From NCBI GenBank assembly GCA_965223295.1, contig CBDCWC010000003.1, positions 1,792,001 through 1,856,000 of the forward strand: 64,000 bases of DNA. Direction: 5' to 3'. Position 1 is the stretch's first letter. Each line of letters opens with the position of its first letter. The notes beneath the pieces are model-generated. The model made no database searches. It was given only the letters and a program-made list of their open reading frames with translations, and was not told where the DNA came from. Position numbers and translations under genes: made by a program. Of the stretch, positions 41,994 through 52,083 are shown piece after piece. This DNA is from Nitrospirales bacterium. GTDB taxonomy: Bacteria > Nitrospirota > Nitrospiria > Nitrospirales > UBA8639.

Positions 41994-42482
41994 CTATCCA
42001 CGTTGGGCAGGTTCAAATATCGACAGATTGTTTCCCGTCAAGGTATACGCTTTTCCAAATCCCATGACAAATTGTCCATGCAATGGTTGCAGATGAAATA
42101 ACACAAAGTCTGGTAGTTGCCGTAATAGTACTGCCGTCTTGCCATGCCGTGCCTGATAGTCATCGAGTATCGAGGGGTACTCAGGATGTTCAGGTGCAAG
42201 AAGTTGTGTCTGGCACTGATAATGGACCCTGGTTCTGGCAAAAATCTGTGATGTGGATTGTTCATCAGCAATAATCATTATTGCGACGGTCCCTTTGCTG
42301 AGTAGATCTTGTGTATGGACTGCTAGTTGACTGACAAAGATATAAAAACTGCACGGTGTTCGGTGCAGGTAAGGTGTATATCCACAGTGTGGAACACCGT
42401 CTTCTCCAACAGTAGAGAGCTGCAGACTTTGCATTTCTGCAATGAGCTTGGCGCAGACGCTTTCGGGCTTGTCATCGCTCAT
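41994..42482 (-). CDS. HugZ/HutZ-like pyridoxamine-oxidase-fold (haem utilisation) protein
   Basis: FYIFVSQLAVHT, IIADE..QIFARTR, LPDFVLF and FVMGFGKAY motifs. Confidence 0.82.
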   Translation of the reverse strand: MSDDKPESVCAKLIAEMQSLQLSTVGEDGVPHCGYTPYLHRTPCSFYIFVSQLAVHTQDLLSKGTVAIMIIADEQSTSQIFARTRVHYQCQTQLLAPEHPEYPSILDDYQARHGKTAVLLRQLPDFVLFHLQPLHGQFVMGFGKAYTLTGNNLSIFEPAQRG

Positions 42483-42720
42483 TCAGTGAACTCTCTCCCT
42501 CTATCCTGTCATGGTGAAACGGCAAGAGGATAATTGGTGATAAACATCAAGCTAGCTGACTAGTACGGGCATGGTAGGTGAGGGTTTCTCAGGGTGTCAA
42601 GAAATGTACCTGTGAGTCTTCGTTGACGAAGTTTTGAGTGGCTGATATCGTTTCATACGTCATCCAAAGGTGCCCCAACCTTTTGGGGCACATTCAATTC
42701 AGACTTGTAAGGAGAAACAA

Positions 42721-43578
42721 GTGGCTGCACAAATTATTGATGGAAAAGCCTTGGCACTGACTCTTCGAGAAGGCATTGGCCAGGAGGTCGCGATACTTGA
42801 AAAAAACACTGGAGTGAAACCCGGTTTAGCAGCAGTGTTGGTGGGGGATGATCCTGCCTCAGCGGTCTATGTGAGAAATAAGAAACGAGCTTGCGAAAAA
42901 GCCGGCCTGTACCCGCAAGAGCACATTTTACCCGCATCGACCACACAGGATGAATTGCTGAAACTGATTCATTCGTTGAATGCCGATCCCAAGATTCATG
43001 GCATTTTAGTACAGTTGCCATTGCCGCCACATATCGACAGTAAAGCGATTTTACAAGCCGTCTCTCCGGAAAAGGATGCTGATGGTTTTCATCCAGTGAA
43101 TGTGGGGCGGTTGGTGGAAGGAGATCCGGTCTTTGTTCCCTGCACGCCGAAGGGCGTCATCCATATGATTGATTCCACAGGCGTGGATATTTCCGGAAAG
43201 CGAGCGGTGGTCATTGGTCGTAGTAATATCGTGGGCAAGCCTGTCGCCATGTTGTTGCTACATCGTCATGCGACAGTGACGATTTGCCATTCCCGAACCA
43301 AAGATCTGCCTGGCCGGGTTCGGGAGGCTGATATCGTCATTGCAGCCATTGGCAAACCACACTTTGTCACATCAGATATGGTGAAAGATGGGGCGGTGGT
43401 CATTGATGTGGGTATTAATCGTTTGGCTGATGGTAGGCTTGTGGGAGATGTCGATTTTGATCGCGTGAAAGAACGAACCAGTTGGATCACACCAGTCCCT
43501 GGCGGCGTCGGTCCCATGACGATTGCGATGTTGCTTCAGAACACGCTCGAGTCGGCCAAACAGTTTGTTAAAAAGTAG
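42721..43578 (+). CDS. folD: Bifunctional methylenetetrahydrofolate dehydrogenase/cyclohydrolase
   Basis: [27 protein letters not shown] and [11 protein letters not shown] motifs; AAGGAG RBS before GTG 42721. Confidence 0.98.
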   Translation: MAAQIIDGKALALTLREGIGQEVAILEKNTGVKPGLAAVLVGDDPASAVYVRNKKRACEKAGLYPQEHILPASTTQDELLKLIHSLNADPKIHGILVQLPLPPHIDSKAILQAVSPEKDADGFHPVNVGRLVEGDPVFVPCTPKGVIHMIDSTGVDISGKRAVVIGRSNIVGKPVAMLLLHRHATVTICHSRTKDLPGRVREADIVIAAIGKPHFVTSDMVKDGAVVIDVGINRLADGRLVGDVDFDRVKERTSWITPVPGGVGPMTIAMLLQNTLESAKQFVKK

Positions 43579-43605
43579 TTCGATAGAGAATAGAAAACAA
43601 AACGC

Positions 43606-44403
43606 ATGAGCTATCTCACAATTCCTGAGTTTCAACAGCATAAAAAAGACGGTAAAAAAATCACGGTGGTGACGGCTTATGATGCCTTGTTTACAAGCAT
43701 CATCGAGCAAGCTGGGTTGGAAGTCATTTTGGTTGGGGATTCTCTAGGGATGGTCGTCCAGGGAAAGCCGAATACAATATCCGTTACGATGGAGGATATG
43801 CTGTACCATACTCGAATGGTCGCAGGGGCAGCTCAACGAGCCTTGGTGATTGGAGACATGCCGTTTTTGTCCTATCAAGTGAATGTCGAGGAAGCCGTGC
43901 GAAATGCCGGACGCTTTCTTCAAGCCGGTGCGGTGGCGGTTAAACTGGAGGGAGGGTTGCCAGTCGTGGACCGTGTTGAAGCCATGACACGTTTTGGTAT
44001 TCCAGTCATGGGCCATGTCGGCATGACGCCACAGTCAGTCAATCAATCTGGGGGATACAAGGTTCAAGGAAAAGCGCAGGCTGCTGCCGATCAGATTATG
44101 CGAGAAGCCAAAGCCCTTGAAGAAGCCGGGGCTTTCGCGGTGGTGCTGGAATGTGTGCCGAGTTCATTGGCTCAAACGATCTCACAGGAACTCACGATTC
44201 CTACTATCGGTATTGGTGCTGGAGCAGGCTGTGATGGCCAAGTGCTTGTGCTCTATGATTTGTTAGGATTGTTTGACGATTTCGTCCCAAAGTTTGTGAA
44301 ACCTTATGCTCGTTTAAAAGCAGAAGCTCTGCAAGCCCTTTCGCGCTATAAGGAGGAAGTGGAATGTGGCAAGTTTCCTTCTGACGCAGAAAGCTACCAT
44401 TAA
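43606..44403 (+). CDS. panB: 3-methyl-2-oxobutanoate hydroxymethyltransferase
   Basis: TAYD, LVGDSLGM, DMPFLSY, VKLEGG and PTIGIGAG motifs. Confidence 0.98.
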   Translation: MSYLTIPEFQQHKKDGKKITVVTAYDALFTSIIEQAGLEVILVGDSLGMVVQGKPNTISVTMEDMLYHTRMVAGAAQRALVIGDMPFLSYQVNVEEAVRNAGRFLQAGAVAVKLEGGLPVVDRVEAMTRFGIPVMGHVGMTPQSVNQSGGYKVQGKAQAAADQIMREAKALEEAGAFAVVLECVPSSLAQTISQELTIPTIGIGAGAGCDGQVLVLYDLLGLFDDFVPKFVKPYARLKAEALQALSRYKEEVECGKFPSDAESYH

Positions 44404-44406
44404 CTA

Positions 44407-44549
44407 GTGAAAAGTGAGAAGTAAGGTATAAGGAGAGGACCAAAAAAATGAGAACAGATAACTGATCGGGTTATCTGTTCCCTGGCTATTTACCTTTTGT
44501 ATCGAACTTTTTCATTCTCACTCCTTACTTTTTACTCCTCACGACTCAC
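44407..44549. repeat. Heptamer-periodic imperfect palindrome with a central perfect hairpin; likely bidirectional terminator region
   Basis: GTGAAAA GTGAGAA GTAAGGT ATAAGGA ... TTCTCAC TCCTTAC TTTTTAC TCCTCAC GACTCAC, with central 11-bp stem GAACAGATAAC/GTTATCTGTTC (44452-44480); lies between convergent genes. Confidence 0.8.
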
Positions 44550-44554
44550 TTCTT

Positions 44555-45376
44555 TCATAGTTTTTCCAGAATCTCCTGTCGTTTTTGTTGATATTCTTCC
44601 TCGCTTAGCAAATCGTCCTGTCGAAGTTCCTTTAGTCTTTGAAGCCGTGCCTTCGTGGACCGGTCAAGGGATTGGGACGAACCGGAGGTCCGCGCTTGTG
44701 GCTCAGGTGCAGTCCCATGCGTCGAGGAAAATAGGTTGAGAGGAAACACAAAATGAGGTGTTTGTGGCGACCACAGTTCAGTGGCCAGGCTATAGGTGAC
44801 TTGTTGGGCAGGCTTCATAGCCTTCAACGAATGCAGGGGTTGGCCTAATGGGAGTAACGGATTTTCTCTGATGTGTTGTGGAGGATGTTGTCCCGTGACA
44901 GTCTGACGGAAATTAGGAAGTACAAGATGTAGACGATGATCTTGAAGGTAGAGACCTCCCGATGTGAGTTCCCAAATGCCATTTCCCCGAGAGGTTGCCC
45001 AATAAAACGTGACGGTTTCCAGAGGTGTGGCTCGAGTCAGTGCCTGCGAAAGATGGTGCGAAAAAAAATCTCGTTGTTCTTCTGAGAAAGCCGTTTGGGT
45101 TGTTGAAGATCCTCCCACCATGCGGTCAAGCAGGGATGAGGGTTGCACTTCAACATGTTGCAATACTTGGTCGAGTGTCTCTGGGGGCACATGCGCAGGG
45201 TGCGAGTATTCAGGAGAGCCATTGCGATAAGTGACTTCCATGCCCACGGTTTTGTCGGGTTGCTCAACAAGAGATCGCATGGTTGAAGGATGTGATGAAC
45301 AATTGGTCGTCAACAATCCAATCGCAAGCCCTAGACCTACTAGTTGGGCTTTTAAAAATACGTGAGAAATTTCCAT
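44555..45376 (-). CDS. Putative lipoprotein with C-terminal SHOCT domain (start uncertain; ORF extends to 45487)
   Basis: Hydrophobic stretch ending LLTTNC; C-terminal RLQRLKELRQDDLLSEEEYQQKRQEILEKL. Confidence 0.78.
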   Translation of the reverse strand: MEISHVFLKAQLVGLGLAIGLLTTNCSSHPSTMRSLVEQPDKTVGMEVTYRNGSPEYSHPAHVPPETLDQVLQHVEVQPSSLLDRMVGGSSTTQTAFSEEQRDFFSHHLSQALTRATPLETVTFYWATSRGNGIWELTSGGLYLQDHRLHLVLPNFRQTVTGQHPPQHIRENPLLPLGQPLHSLKAMKPAQQVTYSLATELWSPQTPHFVFPLNLFSSTHGTAPEPQARTSGSSQSLDRSTKARLQRLKELRQDDLLSEEEYQQKRQEILEKL

Positions 45377-45535
45377 TGAATGACTTTTCCCAAGAAGAAA
45401 AATGATGACATAAGACCAAAAGAATGTAACATGTATTAAAGAAAAGAGATAGAAAACTCTCTCCCTTGTGAAGAATTTCATATTCATTTCGCAAAGTTTT
45501 TCTGTGCTTGCTCACCGTTCAAGAAGTATCGGCCT

Positions 45536-46912
45536 ATGATCTATGAACTGATATTCCTTCGTCCTAAATTAAATACAATTTTGACGTTAGGGTTTGTCTT
45601 GTTTGTCTCCGCATTGCCAGGATGGATCCCGGATGCAGAAGCCATTCCAGCTTTTGCTAGGAAATACAAGGTCAATTGTCATGTGTGTCATACGCGACAG
45701 CCTCGGCTGAATCTCTTTGGAGAACAATTTCTGGAAAATGGCTACCAAATGCCCGGCACGGAGGATGGAGGTATTGTTGGTAAATTGAAGTACGGGGATC
45801 TGACATTGGAGCAGGTTTCCAATTATTTAGGGGTCCTCTTTGCGACAAGTGGTGTTGATCATGTTGAGCTTAAACGAGATGTCCCAGGATCAGGGGATCA
45901 AACAGAGTTAGGCACTCCTGCGATCATGAGAATGTTTACCGCTGGAACTGTCACCGACAACGTGGGGTTTTTTGTAGACATGACGACAATATTTGGTCGG
46001 TCTAGTGAGCTGGAACTGGGTCGGGCCTTTGTTACCTTCAATAATCTTGGTGGTATGAATTGGGGACATCTTCGTGTGGGGCGGCTGGATCCTTCGGCTT
46101 TTTTTTCTATGGCAAGGGGACGCCCACATTTTGTTCCGATCGGTCCCAAGCTGGCCCCACCGTTTGGTGCCTTTAACACGCCCACGGTCAATCGATGGTC
46201 GTTGACGCAGAGTGCCTATGCTTCGAAGTTTTATGGGTTGTTTGATCGTAGTCGAACCGCTATACAACCCTATGACTCAACCTTGTATAACTCGCCGGAA
46301 GAAGTAGGCATTGATATCCATGGACGACCATTTGGTGACTGGTTCCTCTACCAAGTAGGTATCTTAAATGGCGGAAATGAACGGGCAGGGGACTCCAATA
46401 ATTCCAAAGATTGGTATGTCATGGCCCGGTTTGATTACGCCCGATCGAATTATTTCTCTGCCAATCTTTCAGGGTTTGCCTATTTTGGCAATCATAACGC
46501 CAAGGTAGCTACCAATGCCGATGTCAGCCGGAGTCGCTATGGTGTGGGGGCACGCATGCGTTACAAATGGCTGGATGTCTATGGGGCTTATACCATTGAT
46601 CGAGTCACGGATTTGCCCAGTGGCATGGAAGCGAGTTTTGACTCGACAGCTACGGGGGTAACGGTGGAGGCTCATGCCATTGTGACCGATCGTCTGATGT
46701 TAGGGGTCAGGTATGACCATATGGATGCTGGAGGTCTCTTAGCGGAAAGGAAAAGTGCCACGTTTGCGGGCATACAAGTGAGATACTTTTTGCGATCAAA
46801 TATCTCATTGAATCTCCGAGACGATTTTAATGTTCGCGATTCGGAGGGGGGCAGTAGCGCTGCTCGGAATCTTCGGAATCGCTTATCAGTAGGCGTGGCA
46901 ATTGTCTTTTAA
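45536..46912 (+). CDS. cyc2: Cyc2-like fused monohaem cytochrome c-porin, paralog A
   Basis: Signal peptide, then AIPAFARKY-x3-CHVCH-x3-PRL..FGEQFLENGY, a beta-strand-rich body and a terminal Phe (GVAIVF). Confidence 0.82.
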   Translation: MIYELIFLRPKLNTILTLGFVLFVSALPGWIPDAEAIPAFARKYKVNCHVCHTRQPRLNLFGEQFLENGYQMPGTEDGGIVGKLKYGDLTLEQVSNYLGVLFATSGVDHVELKRDVPGSGDQTELGTPAIMRMFTAGTVTDNVGFFVDMTTIFGRSSELELGRAFVTFNNLGGMNWGHLRVGRLDPSAFFSMARGRPHFVPIGPKLAPPFGAFNTPTVNRWSLTQSAYASKFYGLFDRSRTAIQPYDSTLYNSPEEVGIDIHGRPFGDWFLYQVGILNGGNERAGDSNNSKDWYVMARFDYARSNYFSANLSGFAYFGNHNAKVATNADVSRSRYGVGARMRYKWLDVYGAYTIDRVTDLPSGMEASFDSTATGVTVEAHAIVTDRLMLGVRYDHMDAGGLLAERKSATFAGIQVRYFLRSNISLNLRDDFNVRDSEGGSSAARNLRNRLSVGVAIVF

Positions 46913-46921
46913 AAGGAGAAG

Positions 46922-47689
46922 ATGCCGATGCAAATCTCCATAAAATACTTTTGGTGGACAATAGTCTTGATTCTTCTGGTGTTTCAACCTGTTTTCGTGG
47001 CTGCCGGGACTACTAGGATGAACGATATCCAGAAAGGTCAGATTGTCTATGAACGGTCTTGCTTGGTTTGCCATGGAGCCAAGGGTCTTGGAGATGGCCC
47101 TGCGGCCTTTTACAATGCAGCCTTTTCAGCATCACGACCTAGAGATTTGACTGTGGGCAACTATAAGTTTCGCTCGACTGGTTCGGGGAGCCTTCCGCTT
47201 GATCAAGATTTGTTTCGTACGGTTACCAATGGTATTCCTGGCACAATGCCCTCGTTTAGTGGATTATCTGCAGAACAGCGTTGGCAGGTCGTAGCCTATA
47301 TCAAAACATTCTATGCTGGCTTTCAGGAGGAGATGCCTGAATTGGCGAGCATTCCCGAGTTTCCTATTGCACCTTCCGCCGATAGTGTGCAACGTGGGAA
47401 GGCTTTGTATCTGGAGATGGATTGTCATAGCTGTCACGGGGAGCAAGGTCAGGGAGATGTGGTCTTGGCAGGAGAGCTGAAGGATAGTACGAGATTACCC
47501 ATCGCACCGAATGATTTGACGAATCGTACAGGCTGGAAAAATGGGTCGACGGCGCGTGATGTGGTCAGAACGCTCTTTACGGGGTTTGATGGGACTCCTA
47601 TGCCGTCCTACGCGAGTCAATTTGTTGGTCAGGAGGAAGATGCCTGGCATTTAGCTAACTATGTGCTCTCACTTTCCCAATCTCATTAA
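46922..47689 (+). CDS. Dihaem cytochrome c, paralog A
   Basis: Signal peptide; CLVCH and CHSCH; candidate distal Met ligands in GIPGTMPSF and GTPMPSY; AAGGAG RBS. Confidence 0.92.
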   Translation: MPMQISIKYFWWTIVLILLVFQPVFVAAGTTRMNDIQKGQIVYERSCLVCHGAKGLGDGPAAFYNAAFSASRPRDLTVGNYKFRSTGSGSLPLDQDLFRTVTNGIPGTMPSFSGLSAEQRWQVVAYIKTFYAGFQEEMPELASIPEFPIAPSADSVQRGKALYLEMDCHSCHGEQGQGDVVLAGELKDSTRLPIAPNDLTNRTGWKNGSTARDVVRTLFTGFDGTPMPSYASQFVGQEEDAWHLANYVLSLSQSH

Positions 47690-47700
47690 CGGGTAGACTT

Positions 47701-48513
47701 ATGTACCAATGCCTCGTGAGACCTATTAATCCCAATCTAGGGAAATCGCTATATTCCTCTCAGAATTTGAAATCAAACTATTGTCGTTATTGGGCTGTTT
47801 TGCCCAAAACTGTCTTCCTCTGGGCTTCAATAGTCTTCGTTCTGGCTAATGGAATTGGTCTGGGTGAATTTTTGGGGCTATCGGCTTATGCAGGCACCGT
47901 GGAGGGCACTATTTATTACCAAGGTGTTATCCCTAAACCACGATTGAGGGCTGTGATCAAAGATCAAGAGTATTGTGGGGTGGGGGTCAGCATACAGACT
48001 GTCCATGTTCATGACGCCCAGGGAGCGTTAAGCGGGGCTGTTGTGAGTGTCGAAGGGATGAAAAGAGAAGAATATAGGAAAGACGGAACGAAGGATCGTA
48101 AGGTCATCAACATGCACTGTGCCTTTTCTCCTCGAATTGGCGTCGCTCGGCTAGGTCAGGATATTGAGGTACGCAATCAAGATCCTATCCTCCATAATAC
48201 ACATATTAGACTTGGTAAGCGCACTATTCTTAATGTGGCGCAAGTCCCTGGAGGGAAGCCGATTGTGAAGCGGTTAAAGCGATCCGGGCTGCACTCAGTT
48301 CGGTGTGATAAACACATATTTATGGAATCCTCTCTGTATGTCTTCAACCATCCCTTTTATGATCTGACCGACAAAGCTGGAGCATTCCGGATTTCCGGTA
48401 TTCCACCGGGAAAGCATCCCATCCAGGTGTGGCACGAAACTCTCGGCATTCTGGAGAAAGTGGTGCGCGTTCCCAAAGAAGATACCGTCCGTATTGATTT
48501 TGCCTACCCGTAA
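47701..48513 (+). CDS. Exported cupredoxin-like / carboxypeptidase-regulatory-like domain protein, paralog A (start uncertain)
   Basis: NQDPILHNTH and CDKHIFM, then TDKAGAFRISGIPPG..VWHETLG. Confidence 0.78.
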   Translation: MYQCLVRPINPNLGKSLYSSQNLKSNYCRYWAVLPKTVFLWASIVFVLANGIGLGEFLGLSAYAGTVEGTIYYQGVIPKPRLRAVIKDQEYCGVGVSIQTVHVHDAQGALSGAVVSVEGMKREEYRKDGTKDRKVINMHCAFSPRIGVARLGQDIEVRNQDPILHNTHIRLGKRTILNVAQVPGGKPIVKRLKRSGLHSVRCDKHIFMESSLYVFNHPFYDLTDKAGAFRISGIPPGKHPIQVWHETLGILEKVVRVPKEDTVRIDFAYP

Positions 48514-48681
48514 TTTCTTTTTATCCTATATTGAGATTCTTTAGTATCGCTTCCTAAAAACCGAAAATCTTATTGGACGTGTAGGTCCAACTCTATTCTT
48601 GGGCGCTCTGATGACGAGTGCGCCCTGTGCTAAGAAGGGACTCAATTGAGATGATGAGTAGATTGATCACTGGATATTGCG

Positions 48682-51600
48682 ATGCCTAAGGGTCAAACTC
48701 TCAACCATTCTTTGCTAGGCTGGTTTCGTCGGAAATGGCAGGGGAGTGTAGTCTTCCGTATTTCAACCAGTTTGACCCTTTGCATTGGGTTACTGGTGTT
48801 TGTAGGAGCCATGTTGATTGGCTATAGCCAACGTCAATTACTGGAACAATTGTTTCGGGAACGAGGTCTTGCCGTCGCCAGAACCTTTTCCACTCTTGGT
48901 TCCGGGGCCATTCTGAACCATTTATTCCGTATCCAAGAAGCAATGCCTGCATATGCCAAAGATGGCCATCTCGAAATATTGGAAGTCCTTGATGAAGATC
49001 GTATGGTGATTGCTTCGATGGAGCCCGCCAGGATTGGGGAAATCATCGAAGATCCGCGACTCATAGAAGCTCAGGAATTGGCCAGGGAAGTTGAGGGGTT
49101 TGTGGATAGTCCCGATGGCAGTTCCATGTATATGGTGATTGAGCCGTTGTTTGATCAAAACGAAATTCTGGCATGGGTCCGTGTCGGATTTTCAATGGAA
49201 CGGGTACAGGAAAAAGAACATGAGCTATGGTTTGGCCTAGTACTCATGGCAAGTCTTTTTATTGGGTTGGCGATTGTGGGGGTTCGGCAAGGATTGAATC
49301 AAATCCTTCCTATGTTACAGGGGATGATCAAAAAGCTTCAGGATGTGGCCAAGATGACTGATGCTGGGATGCTTCAAGGAACTGAAAATGTTCACGATGC
49401 ATCTCTTCTTGGTCTCAGAAATAATGAGATGAAAGGAGAAGTTGAGCAATTAGCTAGTGTGGCGACTCAGACCGCAGATTTATTGGAAGATCGCACAAAA
49501 ACTCTTCAAGGATTAATGCTGGCTCAAGAGGAGAAAAATCGAGAATTGACTCGATTAGCTTCGTTCCCTGAGCTGAATCCGAATCCAGTCATCGAATTAA
49601 ATCTTCAGTACCAGGTTACCTATATTAATCCATCAGGTACACGGCTACTCCCTGACTTAGTTGCCGTGGGCTTGGCCCACCCACTTTTTAAAAGTTTCAA
49701 AGATTCATTGGACTATGTGGTCCATGCTGGGTCTGTCAGTGTGGTGCAAGAATCCTCGGTGGGTGAACGAGTCTTTGAAACCCAAATCACGTTCTTAGAA
49801 TCCAGTCAAGTGATCCGTGTGTATTTTCATGAAGTGACCCAAAGAAAAATTGCTGAGCAAAAAGTTCACAAGGTGGCCCGGGAGTTAGAACTGAATAATC
49901 AGGAGTTAGCTCAATCTCGTGATGTGGCGTTAGAGGCTGCCAAAGCGAAGTCAAATTTTTTGGCGATGATGAGTCATGAAATTCGAACGCCCATGAACGG
50001 AGTGATTGGCATGACCGGTCTCTTGCTAGATACAGAATTAGATGAAGTTCAGCGCAAGATGACGGAGACTGTGAGAGGGTCGGGTGAAGCCTTGCTGACG
50101 ATCATCAATGATATCTTAGATTTCTCGAAGATGGAGGCTGGTAAATTTGAATTAGAGGATATTCCCTTTGATCTTCAGTCCTGTGTTGAGGAAGTGTTGG
50201 ACCTGCTTGCTGAACGAGCGAATGAAAAAAATCTCGAACTAACTAGTTGTATTTTCCAAAAGGTTCCACCCATCTTACGGGGTGACCCCGGACGTTTCCG
50301 GCAAATCCTCATGAATCTGGTAGGTAATGCCATTAAATTTACGGAGGTAGGGGAAGTCTCCGTTCAAGTCTTTCCCGAAAAACAAAGTGAACAAGAAATA
50401 ATATTACAGATACAGGTGTCTGATACCGGAATCGGGCTCACTTCTGAACAGCAAGCCAAACTCTTTCAACCATTTACCCAGGCTGATGGCTCCACCACAC
50501 GAAAATTTGGAGGGACAGGCCTAGGGTTGGCTATCTCGAAACAGTTGGCGGAAGCCATGAATGGCTCTATTGCCGTCACCAGTCAACCTGGTGACGGGAG
50601 TTGCTTTTCCGTGAGATTGCCGTTCCAGCTAGCTCAGCATGTTCATGAAGGTACTGATGAATCTCCTGTGTTGCAGGGCCTCAAAATCTGTTGTGTTGAT
50701 GATAACCAGACCAATCGAATGGTGCTTCACTATTATACGCAGGCTTGGGGTATGGATGGTGTATTCGCGGAGGATGGCAGAAAAGCCTTGTTGTTACTGC
50801 GAGAATGTCATGATCAGGGGAAGCCCTGTGACATCGCTGTTCTAGATCTCAATATGCCGAACATGGATGGTTTGGAGCTTGCACAGACCATTAAAGCTGA
50901 TCCTGCCCTTCAAGACCTGAAACTTGTGCTACTCTCATCAAGTGGCCTTCGAGGAGACAACGCGCGCGCGCAGAAAGTTGGGTTTGAGTCGTATCTCAGT
51001 AAACCTGTCCGAAAAGGGGACCTGAAGTCTTGTTTAGAGATGATCATGACCCCTTCGAATACATCTGTTGTCGACAGTTTCCATTCGGTGAAAAAACAGG
51101 AAAACGATGCGCTCTCGGCTCCTTGTATTTCTGGGTTACTGTTGGTGGTTGACGATCATGTGGTCAATCAACAACTAGCGCAAATGATGTTAGAACGGTT
51201 AGGGCATCGTGTTGATGTGGTTGGGAATGGCCTGGAAGCGCTCGAAGCCTTAAGGCAGATTCCATATGATCTGGTCCTTATGGATTGTCAAATGCCAGAA
51301 ATGGATGGATATGAAGCTACACGATTGATCAGAAGGGCAGAAAGTGAAATGTTAGAAGTAAAAGGTCAGGAGGCAGGAGCAAAGAGTGGGAGGCCAGATA
51401 AGAACGGTTCTGAAACTCCTGACTCCTTGCCCTTTTCCCCTCACTCCCGCCGCATTCCGATTGTGGCTATGACCGCCAATGCCATGAAGGGGGATCGGGA
51501 GAAATGTATCGATGCGGGTATGGACGATTATATTAGCAAACCTATCAAACCCCAAGACCTGGAAGACATTCTCGCGAAATGGTTGTCGGTGAAGGAGCAT

Positions 51601-52083
51601 CCTGAGCTGACGACCGATCAAGAGACGATCACCCCTGGTTTTCAAGAAGATGTTCACGCAACGTCCGAGCCCGTTTCTCCGTCCGAGGCGAGTTCAACGG
51701 TTTTTGACCAGGGGACCTCCTCGGAGCCTGTGCTCTCGCCTCAAATGGTGGCTGATTGGCGGATGGCTGGAGGGAGTGATTTTGTCGCGAAACTCGTAAA
51801 TCAATTTGTTTCAGATGCCGTGGCATGTGTAGACGATATTGGCGTTGCGTTAGATTTCCAAAATGCCAATGATGTACGCGAAGCGGCTCATGGGTTAAAA
51901 GGGATGGCAGCTAATATGGGACTGCCGGAGTTAGCGACTATGGCGCATCAATTAGAATCTCTTGGGCGCGAGCAGAATCTTTGCAATGGCACTGATCTGT
52001 TTGCTTCCGTACAACAGGAATTCTCGCGTATTCAGGCCGGGCTGCAGCTTATGCTGGAACAAGAGCACTCCCGTAGAGAGTGA
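48682..52083 (+). CDS. Membrane-bound hybrid sensor histidine kinase (2 TM, PAS-like, HisKA, HATPase, 2 REC, Hpt)
   Basis: [38 protein letters not shown]; receivers DLNMP and DCQMP; Hpt AAHGLKG. Confidence 0.95.
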   Translation: MPKGQTLNHSLLGWFRRKWQGSVVFRISTSLTLCIGLLVFVGAMLIGYSQRQLLEQLFRERGLAVARTFSTLGSGAILNHLFRIQEAMPAYAKDGHLEILEVLDEDRMVIASMEPARIGEIIEDPRLIEAQELAREVEGFVDSPDGSSMYMVIEPLFDQNEILAWVRVGFSMERVQEKEHELWFGLVLMASLFIGLAIVGVRQGLNQILPMLQGMIKKLQDVAKMTDAGMLQGTENVHDASLLGLRNNEMKGEVEQLASVATQTADLLEDRTKTLQGLMLAQEEKNRELTRLASFPELNPNPVIELNLQYQVTYINPSGTRLLPDLVAVGLAHPLFKSFKDSLDYVVHAGSVSVVQESSVGERVFETQITFLESSQVIRVYFHEVTQRKIAEQKVHKVARELELNNQELAQSRDVALEAAKAKSNFLAMMSHEIRTPMNGVIGMTGLLLDTELDEVQRKMTETVRGSGEALLTIINDILDFSKMEAGKFELEDIPFDLQSCVEEVLDLLAERANEKNLELTSCIFQKVPPILRGDPGRFRQILMNLVGNAIKFTEVGEVSVQVFPEKQSEQEIILQIQVSDTGIGLTSEQQAKLFQPFTQADGSTTRKFGGTGLGLAISKQLAEAMNGSIAVTSQPGDGSCFSVRLPFQLAQHVHEGTDESPVLQGLKICCVDDNQTNRMVLHYYTQAWGMDGVFAEDGRKALLLLRECHDQGKPCDIAVLDLNMPNMDGLELAQTIKADPALQDLKLVLLSSSGLRGDNARAQKVGFESYLSKPVRKGDLKSCLEMIMTPSNTSVVDSFHSVKKQENDALSAPCISGLLLVVDDHVVNQQLAQMMLERLGHRVDVVGNGLEALEALRQIPYDLVLMDCQMPEMDGYEATRLIRRAESEMLEVKGQEAGAKSGRPDKNGSETPDSLPFSPHSRRIPIVAMTANAMKGDREKCIDAGMDDYISKPIKPQDLEDILAKWLSVKEHPELTTDQETITPGFQEDVHATSEPVSPSEASSTVFDQGTSSEPVLSPQMVADWRMAGGSDFVAKLVNQFVSDAVACVDDIGVALDFQNANDVREAAHGLKGMAANMGLPELATMAHQLESLGREQNLCNGTDLFASVQQEFSRIQAGLQLMLEQEHSRRE
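51337..51450. repeat. Heptamer-periodic palindrome embedded in frame in the kinase's second receiver domain
   Basis: GCAGAAA GTGAAAT GTTAGAA GTAAAAG GTCAGGA GGCAGGA GCAAAGA ... TCCTGAC TCCTTGC CCTTTTC CCCTCAC. Confidence 0.7.

Noticed and set aside
45377-45535. Fur box upstream of cyc2-A or the HugZ-like gene
   Set aside because: The regions are AT-rich but show no convincing match to GATAATGATAATCATTATC.
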